DNA from: Eledone cirrhosa
Taxonomy: Eukaryota
Direction of reading: 5' to 3'
Assembly: GCA_964016885.1 (NCBI GenBank)
Contig: OZ024740.1
Location: 222,518,001-222,582,000 of the forward strand
DNA: 64,000 nucleotides
The notes under the pieces are model-generated. The model made no database searches and was not told the origin of the DNA. It saw only the letters and a list, made by a program, of their open reading frames with translations. Positions 1-14,100 of this stretch are shown here, one piece after another (position 1 is the first letter of the stretch; every line of letters starts with the position of its first letter). The position numbers and the translations under genes were made by a program.

Positions 1-675
1 CTAAATAGGGATGATAAAAAGAGGTTCATGAATTTGATAAAATACGATTATATGGAATTAAGTTCATACACAAGTGACATTCTAAAAGACTGAAAAGAAA
101 GAAAAAATAAAGTAAACAAAATAAATGTAAATACCCTTATATATGTAAACCATCAATAAAATTGGATTCTCAGAAACATCAAAATGTATATAACTACATC
201 CAATTCAAGAAAGTAATATATATGTATGTATGGGCCCATAACTCTTAAGGGAGTAATAGGGGTGTCATATTGACATACAGCATTTCTATGTTAATTTTAA
301 ACCTAGTGGAGCCCATGGCCTCTCCATGTCTGAATACAGCAGATTTCCAGAAAAGGATAGAGAATGAGAGAAAAGAAGTGAGAAATATTTATAGAGGAAG
401 AAACAACTCCAGCACTAGACGGGTACTTTTTTATCGACCGTGAGAGCAGAGAGTCAGAACAAATACTGCAAACATTCTATCTTGGATTGAAGAAGTTACT
501 TAAGGCTACCTTATAATATAAATATTCACATCATAAAATCATTAGTGGGCTTTAGAAAGCTATTCTGGACATGCTATAGTTAAATGAGGTTGACTGTATA
601 AGTCTCACTCAAGTACTCGTATCTAATGAATTATTCCACTTGTATGACAATATTAGAAATGATTATTACAAGAAA

Positions 676-867
676 GGGTCGGTGGATTGGCATTATCGGT
701 AGAGGGTCAGACGCTATGCTTTCCAGCATAGTTACGTCCCTTTACGATCTGAGTTCAAATCCCGCCGAGGTTGACTTTGCCTTTCATCCTTACGGGGTCG
801 ATAAAATAAAGTACCAGTAATGCACTGGGATAATTGATGGCCTTGTGCCAAAAGTAGAAACAATTAT
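676..867 (+). mobile_element. tRNA-derived SINE (family S1) with 13-bp TSD
   Basis: A-box TGGCATTATCGGTAG, B-box GAGTTCAAATCC, 3' end GGCCTTGTGCCAAAAGTAGAAAC. ATTATTACAAGAA is duplicated at 662-674 and 863-875. More than 10 copies in the window. Confidence 0.9.
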
Positions 868-2825
868 TACAAGAATGATGGGTGGAATGGCAATGAACTC
901 ATAAAAAGTATCTTAAACGAAAGGTATCTGCAATAAAATCTCCCCCTCGTCAACTTTGCCTGTTATGGATCTATAAAATAGATACCAATAATATTACTGA
1001 ATAGATCTAATTTTCTGTTTGTCACCCAAATGTGTGATTCTGTGTTTATGTTTGAAATCATTGATATTTCTGAAGAAGTTAAAATACTCAAACATTTATT
1101 CTGTGTTAGATACTTTACATAATAAACACGTACATAAACATACACATTTAGATAAAAACTTCTGTTGAGATTGTGTTTAGATTCATTTCTATTTACATTT
1201 AATTGTTTGTAAAAAAAACATAAACAAACATACAAACAAACAGATAGTGTGAAGTTAAATTGAAAATGTATTTCATTTTAGAAAAAAGTTTTCATATTTT
1301 ATATTTACACTAAGCTGTATTTTAAAAAACAATTTTCTCAAGATGAGGTTTATATATATTTCTATTTTTCTATGAATATTATTAGGAGAATATGTATTTT
1401 AATGTACTGAATGCTAAATAATATCTTCATGACCAATTTGTTTTACTACAAAAGTTTTTTGACCAATTTGTCTTTCAAAGAGTATACTTTTGACCAATAT
1501 ATTTTTGACCAATGTGTTTTAAATAAATGTGCCATAATACCTAATATTACATATACAGCAGTGTATGTTCAACATATTTTTTCCCAATCTTTGCATACCT
1601 TCTGCATTCAATGCCCATGTTTCACTATCATGCAACATTGCATTCTTTTCACAAGCACTATATAATTTCCCCAATACTCATAGAGCGAATGGCTTCTTTG
1701 CCATCAGTGGTAATAGCATCTTGAACATTCTATATTGTTATTTTGGGTACTTCCACTTTGACTAATTTAGAAAACAAAATTTAAGTCTGCAAAGTTCAGA
1801 AATTTTTTCTCATGTAATTTTCTGTTGAATGAGAGATCTACATAAGGAAATGATTGAGAGAAGCTTGCTGAAGCACTGTTTGTGTATATATTCTGGAAAC
1901 AAAGAATTAAAATCTATTGACATATATAATCGCCTCAAAGATCTTGGTAAATCATATAACAGGTGTATTGAGAAATGTGAACGAGTTGAAATTTGAAAGG
2001 TTATGCATAATTTTTATATTTGAGGTTTGAATAGATAATTAAAGAATGTGCATGTTATATAAGATATTAGAGTAGTTATTGTTTTAAATTATATAACTTA
2101 ACAACTGTTATCAATTTGTTTCTAATTGAACTCAGGCTATTAGCAATATAGTATGATGATACTAAATATGGACATAGCTGAAGCGATCTCTCATTAGATA
2201 GAAAGTAGAATAATAGAGGGGTGGTGATGGGAGAGAAATATATTGATATTGGTTTTGAAGAGATATATCCAGTTGAAGTATCCACCCTTACTAAGGCAGC
2301 ATGTTATAGAGTAAAGGTTCTCAACCTATTTTGCCCTCTCGAAATCATGAAACCCCCCCCCCCCCTACCCTATTTTTCCATTTTTCAATATACTACTGAT
2401 TTTGATATCAGTAGATTACTGGGCCAACTCAAGTTATCTTAGATTCTTTAAAAAATACTCGTACGAATTAAATACAAAAAAGTTTCAGTCAAAAACAAAA
2501 GCAAGCTATTTCAAATTATATATTTTTGAAATAAAAAAAAACATTTGATCTCAGTTGAAAAAGCTTCTTTTTTTTTAAATTCTAAATTTCACTGTTAGCT
2601 GTTGTAATATTTTGAGTGGATAGACAATTGAAACTGCAAAGTCAAAATACAAAAGATGCAAAATATGAAGAATTTTTTACCTTTCTCTGAAATCACAAAC
2701 TCAGGGGAAAAATAGTACCTTGCAAAATAATATACCTCGTAACAAAATAAGTAGTAAGGAATGAATTGAGAAGCTTGGTGACTGAGAAAGCAATATTTTT
2801 ATCCCTTATATATAAACATAGATAG

Positions 2826-2862
<37 letters not shown>

Positions 2863-2987
2863 CATACACACACACAAACTTGTGTGTGTCTTGGTACAGC
2901 AAGAATTTTGTCTACAGTTTTTTATTGCCAGGTCAAAGGCCACAGCTCTTTTCAACAACACCAAATAACAACGCTCCACACACACAT

Positions 2988-3026
<39 letters not shown>

Positions 3027-3220
3027 AATGAAGAGAGAAAGAGGAAAGGACAGAGAGAGTAAGAAATGTGTGTGTGTTTCGTACACGTCTATCTATATAT
3101 CTATCTATCTATCTATCTATTTATCTCCAACAGAGGGCTCACACATGCGGCCCGCGAACTACTTATCTGTGGCCTGTGGTAGAACCAATATTTGATATCC
3201 CATTATAACTGGTGTAAATA

Positions 3221-3430
3221 AGGCGGCGAGCTGGTGGAATCGTTAGCACATCTGGCGAAATGCGTAATGGTACTTCTTCCGTTTTGAGTTCAAATTCCGC
3301 CGATCTCAACTTTGCCTTACATCCTTTTTGCGTCGATGAATTAAGTACCAGTTGTGTACTAGGCACGATGCAATCGACTGAACCCTAAACCCAAAATTTC
3401 ATGCCTTGTTTCTATAGTAGAAATGATTAT
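3221..3430 (+). mobile_element. tRNA-derived SINE, S1-related subfamily
   Basis: GGCGGCGAGCTGGTGGAATCGTTAGC head, GAGTTCAAATTCC B-box, GCCTTGTTTCTATAGTAGAAA end. Confidence 0.8.
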
Positions 3431-3528
3431 AACTGGTGAAAATTTTCACCCACCACCACGTTTGGCCCACTGTGCCTCTCCTCCAGGACGTAATAGCCCT
3501 TTTGTGTCCATGAGTTAGAGACCCCTCT

Positions 3529-3587
<59 letters not shown>

Positions 3588-3868
3588 TTTACTTTTTTTC
3601 TGTCTGCGGACTACGCCCATGATAGAGCATCACCTTGGTAAGTTATGGGGACGTCAACAAACCAACAAGCATTGGTGGGAGGGCAAACACAAATGCAAAG
3701 ACACACACAGACATATATACATATATACAACGGGCTTCTTTTAGTTTCGATCTATCAAATCCACTCACAGGCTTTGGTCGGCTTGGGCAGTGGGACTGAA
3801 CCCGGAAATATGTGGTTGGGAAACAAGCTTCTTGTCACACTGCATATATATATATATATATATATATA

Positions 3869-3946
3869 TAGGAACGAGTACTACCCTAAGTATTGAGTAC
3901 TTTGGTGCATTATGGTCCACCTGGTTCCTTACCACATTTCCATCGT

Positions 3947-3948
<2 letters not shown>
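3869..3948 (+). mobile_element. PLE pLTR family Y: tail fragment with short inverted 5' piece, in (TA)n
   Basis: Near-identical to 34011-34079; begins with the inverted TAGGAACGAGTA as at 33898. Confidence 0.8.
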
Positions 3949-3978
<30 letters not shown>

Positions 3979-3996
3979 TATGTATGTATGTAGATT

Positions 3997-4043
<47 letters not shown>

Positions 4044-4205
4044 GTATGTATGTATATTTATATATATGTATGTATCACAGACCCTTACTATATTTCTTTA
4101 TTTTATTTTTATATATCTCTTGCATTATTTTTATTTATATATTTTTTTGCCCGTTAAACTTTTGCCTTTCTTGAGGAGATTTTTCAAATATTTCACTATG
4201 TTTTA

Positions 4206-4283
4206 AATTGCCTTGTCTGACGAACGAATGAGGACGTTTCTAGTATTCATCTTATTCGGGAAACCTCTGGTAATGAGGTAATT
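4206..4283 (+). ncRNA. Type I hammerhead ribozyme (minimal, PLE-type)
   Basis: Stem I AATTGCCTTGT/ATGAGGTAATT; CTGACGA at 4217; stem II CGAATGAG/CTTATTCG; GAAA at 4260; stem III ACC-TCT-GGT; GUA triplet 4270-4272. Confidence 0.8.
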
Positions 4284-4407
4284 ATATTGTATTGTTTATT
4301 ATACATTAAATTTAGCTCTGTAACTTACATAGAGCACTCTTCACTCCTATGACATTTTCAATTTTCAACGGAAACTTCAATACTTATATATATATATATG
4401 TATGTAG

Positions 4408-4456
<49 letters not shown>

Positions 4457-5303
4457 ATGGAATACTATTAGCTTCTCGCTACAACAATTTCTATACTTTT
4501 CATTTATATATATATATAAATCTACATACATATATGCATACATTTACGTATGTATATAGCTATGCATTTATACATTTGTATATATACATGCATTTATATT
4601 TAAGTGTGTAAGGATGTTGATATGATCTATGTCTTCTTTTTTTGGTAAGGAGAACATTTTTGTCGCTAGATTTTATTACCTAGGGAGTTTAAATACCACA
4701 CTTCTGGCTGAAAGCTGACCAGGTTTTCAACTTCATCAAACACTAACGCCGGCCTGTGTGTGTATATATGTGTGTGTGTGTATGTATGTGTATATATAAT
4801 GCTGGCCTGTGTATGTATGTATGTGTGTGTATGTTCACCACCATTGCTTCTTCTTGTCATTTCTGTTGAAGTAGTCCTTACTTTCATTCTCTTTGATTTC
4901 TTTTGATTTTCTTTTATCTCCCTAGGGAATTCGTTGACAAGCTTCTTTAATTTATTTTCTTTGTTTTCTTCATTCAAATCACTGACTGTCTAAGAGACGT
5001 ACCAATATGACTTATGAAATTTACCAAACTAAAGGAGCTTCTAGCGCCCTCAAAGTTTCAAACGCCCCCTTACTGCATACATGCCCCTAACGCCACCTTA
5101 CTGCATAACGCCCCCCCCTGGGGCTATGAAAACCACCCCCTCGGGGGGAAGATATGCCCCCCTCCGTTGAGAACCTTTATTATAGAGGATAGGACAGACA
5201 ACTGTAGATGAGAGAGTAATGACTATGGCAGTAGGAACGTGACCCAATGGTATATTATACGTCCTAACTTCAATAATCCCCACTACCATTATTTTAATCA
5301 CCC

Positions 5304-5490
5304 AGTGGATAGGCAGTATCAGTAGAGAGTCGGACGCCATGCTTTCCAGCATAGTTACGTCCCTTTACGGTCTGAGTTCAAATCCCGCCGAGGTTAACTT
5401 TGCCTTTCATCCTTACGGGGTCGATAAAATAAAGAACCAGTAATGTACTGGGTAATTGCTGGCCTTGTGCCTAAAGTAGAAACAATTATT
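5304..5490 (+). mobile_element. SINE S1 with 16-bp TSD
   Basis: Same sequence as 676-867; ATTATTTTAATCACCC at 5288-5303 and 5485-5500. Confidence 0.9.
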
Positions 5491-5695
5491 TTAATCACCC
5501 TTTTGCCATGTTTGCACTTGTGGGTAAGATTCCAGCACAGCATGGCCACCATTCATCAAGGTTCTTTGTCATCTCCTTTATGAGGTTCAACTTCTCGAAG
5601 TCAGTCTTTACCACTTCATCCCATGATTTCCTTAGTCTCCCTCTTCCAGTTGGTCCATCTACATCAATACACTTCTTTATCTTAATCTATACCTT

Positions 5696-5902
5696 TTAAC
5701 CATTTTGATATCAAACTGTCTGAAAATTGTTCATTTTGAAATGTTAATATTCATCTAAAATCCTCCCATAATAATTTTTTTAGTTTATATTCCAATCACC
5801 AGCTCAATAATAACAAACATAGTTACATTACTAAATCTCTTCAAATTCTTGATTATTTTCAAAATGATTATTCGATATATGATATTGTAATGAAAAGGTT
5901 AA
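5696..5902. mobile_element. TTAA-flanked (piggyBac-type) MITE, degenerate
   Basis: TTAACC...GGTTAA termini; shared internal CAAATTCTTGATTATTTTCAAAAT motif. Related copies at ~6150-6373 (inverted), ~12157-12366, ~14610-14878 and ~57967-58864. Confidence 0.55.
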
Positions 5903-6817
5903 TTAGATAAATATTATCATGTTTGAAATATTTCTGGATTTACTAGTCAAGCAACCGAATAGAGGTTCCTTATGTTATAAAGTCAGTTTAGCAAATGAAT
6001 ACTTGATCCGTTTTACAGGAGAGATGTTGAATTTGGGTAATAATAAATTCTAGCAAAAAACATTTACATCACTTATTTATTAAAATCTTAAAAACACAAT
6101 AACGCGACATAAACTACCTTTCATTACTATATTTATAGTGAAAGACGTTTCCTATGATTTTCAAATAATTTTGAAAAAATCGAGAATTTTGAAGGGTCTA
6201 ATAATATAAGTAACTTTATCATTACTAAGCTGGGTGTTTGACACCTAATTTAATAAAAGTTCTCACATAATATTATGATGGAAAGTCTTCAGATATAGAT
6301 AATTGGTTTGATATAAACAGCATCGTATAAGAGATCTAAAGGTGGTTTCAGGTGGCTTGGCATCAAAATGTTAAATATATGAATTTTCTAAATTTATGAT
6401 GAGCCTTTAATGTTTAAATTAATAGTAAAATAATTTTATTTAAAGCCGGTAAGATGTAGTAGAAAAATATGAAGCACAAATGATGACGAATGAAACAAAA
6501 CAAAATAAAGTAATGTTTTACAAAGTGTATTTTACCATGATATTTCAGTGCTAATACCCTGTTTTCACATGCGAAGCTGAAACAGTCCAAGACAAAACAA
6601 AATAAAATGAGCAATCAGAGTTTTCTTCCGTTAGAAAACTCTACTCGCTATCATGCTAAAATACACTTTACTTTGTTTTGTTCCATTTATCATTATTTGC
6701 CCTATATATTTTTCTACTGCATTATACAGGCTTTAAAAAATATTCAGTCTTTTACTACATATGCTTTGTATTAACTACTTTACTCTATCAAATTAGTAAT
6801 TGAAATCCTTTTTATAG

Positions 6818-6999
6818 TCTATGGAAGACAACATGGAGGTAATGATCAACTTGGCCTTGAGTCTATCTTGAGCGGTGTCCAACCATTTGTATCTGCACTT
6901 ATATATACACAAAATCCTGCTGTTTCTACCTACCATGTTCCACATTTGAATTACGTTTACACACACCAGCCAGTCCACCATTATCCAAATTGGTATTAG
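6818..6999 (+). CDS. Candidate terminal coding exon, Tyr/His/Pro-rich peptide (YGRQHGGNDQLGLESILSGVQPFVSALIYTQNPAVSTYHVPHLNYVYTHQPVHHYPNWY*)
   Basis: Acceptor ATCCTTTTTATAG at 6805-6817, about 60 open codons, CAG|GTAAGT donor at 7031/7032. No homology recognised. Confidence 0.3.
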
Positions 7000-7539
7000 A
7001 CATTTACAAAATCTCAGTTGAACTTAAGCAGGTAAGTTACGAATAGATTTTCAAATTAATATGTTTTTGCATGTATTTTTCTTCTTTTATTTCTTATTTA
7101 GTGGAAGCATGATGGCCAAATGGTTGAGAAGTTTACTTTACAATCATAAGGTCATAAGTTCAATTCCACTGCTTGGCATATTGGGTAAGTATCATTTACC
7201 ATAACCATGGTCTGATCCAACACTTGTGAATTTAATTTGGAAGATGAGAACTGTTTGGAAACCTGTCAGATGGACTATACAAATAATTCAATAACTTTGA
7301 ATCTGCTTCTCCTTAAGAATTACATTAAGGTACACATGTATGTGGAGAGCTCGGCCATGTGCACATGCATATTATGAGCAGGCTGTTTCATTGAATTAAC
7401 AACAGAAAAATTCCTTGTAGAAAAACAAACTAGAGGTCTATTGCATTAATTATTCATTTTCAAACATCAAGTACTTTTGATATATATTTTGCCATCATTG
7501 ATATCATCATCATCATCATTATTAGGCAATGGGGGGGGG

Positions 7540-7703
7540 GGGAATTGGCAGTATCAGTAGAGTGGCAGACACCATGTTTTGTATTCTGAGTTCAAATCCC
7601 ACTGAGGTTAACTTTGCCTTTCATCCTTACAGCGTCGATTAAATAGACACCAGTTATGCACTGGAGTAATTGCTGGCCTTGTGCCAAAAGTAGAAACAAT
7701 TAT
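7540..7703 (+). mobile_element. SINE S1 (internally deleted)
   Basis: S1 head and tail; ATTATTAGGCAATG repeated on both sides. Confidence 0.8.
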
Positions 7704-9792
7704 TAGGCAATGTTTTTTTTTTCCATACCAGCAGGGATTGGGCAGGTTGTTATTGTCTGAGTTAGTTTTTATTCAGTGTTATTGCCATTCTCAACTGGTC
7801 GGCTGATCATGTCTCACTTGTACATTCCAATGTTTGGCATGAACTCTATAGCTGGATGCTCTTTCTAACACCAATCACTTAACATAAAGCACCAACATTA
7901 GGAAAGTTGCCATGTCCCTGACGATATTAAAGAACCTCCTCTCCATTTTGTTGTTTCAAATTCAATAACCCTGTAACTGTGGTTACCACTGATTTCACGT
8001 GTGCTCTACACACACACATACATGTAAACATACATATAAACTTGTACAGATACAAAGCATATGCACATGCACTAATACAGCTCAAAACATACACATCCAC
8101 ACATACAATAAGATCCATACCTGCACACACATGTAGACATGCAGACATATCTACCTAGTTGATATTGTGTAAATTCCAATGTAAATTCCTATGTTAGAAA
8201 CTGGCTCTCTCTTTATTGGCAAAAATTTGTGAAAATATAAAACCAGAAGAACATACATACTTACATATATACATATATATACATTTTCTGGGAGATTTGA
8301 CAGCAGCTGAATATTATCAAATTCATTTCTTTTGAATATAGTAATTAATTCAAGATATTCACTTGCATATATGGGGTCTCATGTTTGGATTCTGACTGGT
8401 TGACAGGCTCAGTGTCATATGTCTGTAATTGCCATGCGCAGTCAGCTTCTGTTTGTGTCACTGTAGATATACTTGTTAAACCCAGCTCAAATCATTTTGG
8501 GTGATTTTCAACACCAGTACAAATATAGTGATTATAAATTAACAGTCTTGATATTGTTAAATTTGGCACATTATATATAGCACATTAGATTGCTTAACAC
8601 TTGATTTTCTTTTGATATACCCCATAGTAAAGCTGGCACTCGAATCCTTCAAAATCCATTTCTATGTATCTTGTGAATACCTCTAGCAAAACTAATGCAG
8701 TTCCTTAGTGTGTAATTATCATGCATATCTTATAAATACACCGATGGATGCATATTCTGGGATATTAAACTGACAGGCATCGATGCAATTATAGTAAATG
8801 GAGTTAATTATGTAAACATATAATTATGGGAATTGATGTAGAAGTAGGCCTCTGGCACAGTAACATTACAATATAATTTTCATTCCCAGTTGCAGCATTT
8901 CTTCACTTCTTTCCAAAATAACTTTGCGAAAGTCATGAATATCAATCACATTCACTTTTTTTGCCCTTATCAATCTAAAGATTTATGCCTATCCCTAAAA
9001 AATCAATTTTCATGGCATATGTCAGTATGTGTGAACAAGAATATCTAAATATATAATGTATTATAGTTTCGCCATAATATCCCAACTTCATATAGGTCTA
9101 TATTTAGCTGTAATTTCAAACAATAAATATCTAGTTTGCCTTTTGTATTGTTTATTGTAAACTCTAAATAGTTTATGAAGAAATTGGAAATTAATGAATT
9201 CTGCCTGTATTCAAGAAACAATTTATTACTATTGTGTTGGAGAAAAATGAAAATTCGTTGGATATCATTGATTGAAATTGAATATCATAGAATTGGCTAA
9301 TGAAATGAGTTTGGTATAAAGAATTGACTGCCATACCAACTATAGATATATTCCATCATGAATATAATTATTGATTGCTTGTTGTTAAGGTTGTTAGCCT
9401 AAATTAAGTGTAAAACTTCAAAGCCTGATCATGAATATGTTCCACATCAATATGCTGTAAATAACATTTCAGTTTACAGTGAAGAGGGAACAGTTACAAT
9501 TAGAAGTAAAAGTTTTAAGATTAATAAAATTATAATTAGAACATAGAATGAGATCTATCAGCGCCTAAAGTCTTCAGATGTGTAGCTATTTAAATGAAGA
9601 CTTTGAAATATATAATTTTTTCAGACTTTATCTATAGTTGTGTCAAAGTATATACAATTTTCAAAGAGCAATATATGTGGTTTTACACTTCTGATTTCAA
9701 ACCACCCGAAACCGCCCTTGATTCTATGATACAAATTTGTTTATTTTAAAGTATGTATACTAAAGTATGTATATTTTAAAGTATGTATACAG

Positions 9793-10146
9793 TAGGCACC
9801 TCTAACAAAAATACACCCCCGTCCCACTAGCCCCACCCCATCCACCCCACCCCTTTCAATGTAAAGTTATGTTGGTACCACAACATCCAGGCCGAAACAA
9901 ATGAGGTCGTGTAGGTTTCACGACAAAAAAACACAGTCCACGCTGTAATGTGGCCGTGTAGATAACAGGGTAAAAACCTCCCAGTCCACACTGTAAACGT
10001 GTTTGGTGTTAGGAAGGGCATCCAGCTGTAGAAAACCTGCCAGACAGTCCTATACGAGCAAGTCAACCAATCTTGCCTAAAGTGGGAAAATTCCCGTCCA
10101 AACCCATGCAAGCGTGGAAGATGGATGTTAAATGATGATGATGATG
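9793..10146 (+). mobile_element. RTE-tail-related repeat ending in (GAT)n
   Basis: CACACTGTAAA...TTGGTGTTAGGAAGGGCATCCAGCTGTAGAAA...ATGGATGTTAAATGATGAT. Inverted copy at ~43290-43520; relatives at ~12900-13200, ~28050-28320 and ~58190-58690. Confidence 0.65.
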
Positions 10147-11053
10147 ACTCATATTTAGATTCGAACTTTCTAACACAATTCTATGTAAAATCCTTTTTAC
10201 GCTATGTCCCAAATATCTGCTTAATAATGAGACAGACATGTAACTAAACCTTCTCCCAAAATTTGTGATTATTTTCTGAATTAATTGAAATTCGTTTGCA
10301 TTGTCTTTTATTAGAAATTTGGCAACAGAAGAGTTAAAATCGACAAAACCTCTCTTATTTATGATATGGAGGTTTTTCAAAATCACATGATGTGCCTTAT
10401 GACAGGCTATAAGCTTATTGACCACAAACACATCACTAAATGAGCTAGCTTCAGCTTTATCCATATCAAGTTGCATACTTATGATCGATAGTCCCCAAAA
10501 TTATAATATCTACTAACAGCCCGTTTAAGATATGTCTTGAGGGAATGACTGAAGGTAGAAGAATTTATTGTCCACCTCAATAAACTATATTAGTAAAAAG
10601 ATAAATGTATGGTGAGGACTTTCATGTGTGGATGCACAGTCTGCAAATTTGCAGAGAAGCAAAACATGATGATGATATTAATTCATCATAATGCATTGAA
10701 GTAAATCGACCTCAGTAAAGATAATGTCTCTTATAAAACTATCACTTTTATCTCCTATACACCAACAGAAAACAGATGTCTTCCAATCTTGTTGGTAGAA
10801 TAATGCAATAATAATAAAATACATGTTATGTTTTAATACAAATCTGAAATAGGACAAAATTCAGTATGGAATATTATAGATCTTAATTTAGAAGATCAGT
10901 CAAGGCCAAATCTATTTAAATGTGTTTATTTTTGCATTTTACAAAGTCACTTGGATAAATCATGTTGTAGAAAGTGTCCATATATACTTTCAGGAAATAA
11001 AATCAGATATAGCAGAAACTATATCGTTGAGGCTAAACCAAAGCTAATATCTA

Positions 11054-11056
<3 letters not shown>

Positions 11057-11134
<78 letters not shown>
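11057..11134. repeat. (GA)n microsatellite
   Basis: Direct observation. Confidence 0.95.
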
Positions 11135-11138
<4 letters not shown>

Positions 11139-14100
11139 GAGAAAGAGTGAGAGATAGCTGTTAGTAACAGCGAAGAAGAGATAAGTAAGTCATGTGATTT
11201 CGTAAATAGCACCCTCACCCCCAAAGAAAACAACGAAATATGAATAATAAACAAAATACAAAATGACTCATACTCTACTTGTATCTACTTGGCTTGAGTA
11301 ACTCTTGTGACAAATGTGATCAAAACTGTCGTCGACATAATGTTGATACAAGCTGCTAGGTTATTTAGAAAATGTATACTTACTAAAGAAAAAGTAATGA
11401 GACCCTCAATAAAAGTATGTATTATCCCTCTTTCATTAAATGAGTAATGTAGGTTGCACACACCCCATTACAAATGTGGGCAGTTGTTTGCTAACTGAAC
11501 TTGGTAATCCTGACTTTTGACTATTTCTATAGTTCTTTCCTTCAACATCATGCTTATCATCTACCAATTATTTCTAACAGTTACTCTGCTGAATAACACA
11601 GCCACCATGCTGTTTCCCATGACTCAACCATTAAAATTGGCTTCTGGGGACTAGGCCTTGCGAAAGGGCCACCTGATTTTGGTCCAGAACTACTTATTCC
11701 CTATTCACAGCTGACCTGCAAATCCGCAGCAATTTGCCCAATCCAATGATGATGATTATTCCTCTGTTTCTTCTATCACTAATACAACAAATGATTCACC
11801 AAACATCAACACCATCTCTCTTCCCTATCATCTTTGTCGTGTCTTATGCCACCAAACTCCCATTAGTTCTTTCTTTGTAGAAATAGAATTATTTGGGACT
11901 CTTCACTGTTCCATTTTTCTTATCAGCATTGACCTAGAAAAGTTTCTACTGAATGTCAACTGCATTGACTTAAACAGTTTTGCAGGACCTGCAAATGTTA
12001 TGAATATTGCAACTCTGATTAAAATATAAAAAATGGCAAGTCAGTTGATTAGCATGCTGTTACTTTGATCAGCTGGAACCATCTTTCTATATGAACAAAT
12101 AAACACTAAATGCCATAAAAGAGTACAAAAAGAAATATATGTAAAAACAATCTAATTTAACACTTTTTATCCTACCCCCCTGTCTACAATGCAAAAATAT
12201 TTCTTTTAAAGTGTTCATATTTATCTAAAAGCCTTCTATAAATTTTTATCTAAGAATTATGTTCCAAACACAGTTTAATAAATCACTCCAAATTCTTGAT
12301 TATTTTCAAAATTATTTGAAGATTATAGGCTGAGACTTTTATTAGAAATAAGTAACAAAAGGGTTAGAGATAAGCAAAGCTGAAAGTATTCCAAGTGTTT
12401 TTACGATTATTAAATGTTTTCTAGTTTATAAATCTAAGCTGAATCTTATATTGTTCTACATCTTAGATTACACAATATCAACCAAAATAAGAAACAAAAC
12501 ATTGATCAATATATTATTGCTTTATTTATATTAATATGTTGTTTTTTCTTTGCTTTCAGAGAATGGACTAAGATCAACACGAAATTACAAATTAGGGAAT
12601 AAAAGAAAAAAAAAACTTAATAAATATGATTCTCATTAGATCAAAGGAATGTTATTAATTATTTTAAAGTTTTCCAACAAAATGAGACTTAGATTAATAG
12701 AAACATTCCTCAATAAAAAATACTTCATAAGAATTGTTTCTTTTAAGTAAAACCAGAAATATAGTAAACTTTTCTCTAGAGAAATCATTCCTTCTAAGAT
12801 GTTAAACTTTAAGTGCAAAATAAACATGAAATACTATATTCTGTCTTATTCTTGAGTTAACAAATTAAAGAATTTATGCCAAGAACTCTATCAAGGTTAT
12901 CATCATCATCATCATCATCACCATTTAACACCCATTTTCCATGATAGCATGGGTTAGACGAGGTGTCCCATTCTGAGACAAACCAGGTAAGATGACCATG
13001 TCTTGCTCATACAGAACTAATCTTGGCTTAGTTTCCATGGCTGAATGTTCATCCTAATGCCAACCACATTTAGAGTGTGTACTGGGTGCTTTTTTTCATG
13101 TCACCCACACAACCACTTTACAGTGTGGTCAGGGCACATTTTATTGTGTCACCAATATTACCACTTTACAGTGTCGGCTGGGTGCTTTTTGTCTCCTACA
13201 TGATCACCTCTGCATATATGTTACGAAACAATATCAACAAATTTCACAATTGAGGCTCTTTTTAAATTAATGTCATTAAATTGACAGTCAAGCAAACATT
13301 GGATAAAATGTCCCACCATATTTATTGTGGTTCTCTACATTCTGAGTTCAAATCTTTCAGAGTCTCTCATATAAAATCCCACTTCAGAGTAGATTGTCAG
13401 AATTGTTACAGCATTGGATTAACTTTGTGTCATATTTTTGAGCTCTTCACAGTCTGAGTTCAAATGTTTCCTAGTTTAACAACACCACCTAGTAATCAGG
13501 TACTCCAGCAAAGTCCACTCTGTTATAGACATTAAGGTCAGGTTCTTGAGGTAACACCTTTCACCCAGTCTTGGAGGCTCTAAAATGTATCACGATGACT
13601 GCCCATCCTTCCCTCACTAAGCAGTAAAAGACAAAGAAAAAAAACACATCTTGAATGATAAAGAAGCAAGCTTTAAATAAAAAATGTGGAATTATTTTAG
13701 GCAATCTCAAATTTTTTAGTGGCATTACCCCCAACATGCCCAGAACTCACAGACTGGAACAGTTAAAAGGGTAACAAATTTGATTGAAACTAACATGGTA
13801 TTAGTATTGAATAATATGAGTATATTGCTAAAATAAATTTATGAGAAAATAGTAGTTTATAATTTAGGCACAAGGCCAGCATTTGGGATGAAGGGAAAAT
13901 CGATTATATCGATCTCAGTTCTTGACTGTTACTTCATGTTATCGATTTTGGAAGGATGAAAGGCAATGTGTACCTCAGAGGGATTTGAACTCAGAGTGTA
14001 AAGAATCAGAACAAATGCCATAAAGCATTTTGACTGACACTAACAACATCATCATCATTTTTACGTCCGCTTTTCCCTGCTTGTAAGGGTGGGACGGGAA

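Larger units (their letters stand above)
2312..5179. mobile_element. Non-autonomous hAT DNA transposon with nested insertions
   Basis: Perfect 14-bp TIRs TAAAGGTTCTCAAC (2312-2325) and GTTGAGAACCTTTA (5166-5179). 8-bp TSD TTATAGAG at 2304-2311 and 5180-5187. GC-rich subterminal repeats AACGCCNCCTTACTGCATA. Confidence 0.85.

Noticed and set aside
1429-1522. Four TGACCAAT motifs as a CCAAT-box promoter
   Set aside because: The ~15/30-nt periodicity fits a decayed short tandem repeat; no linked gene start.
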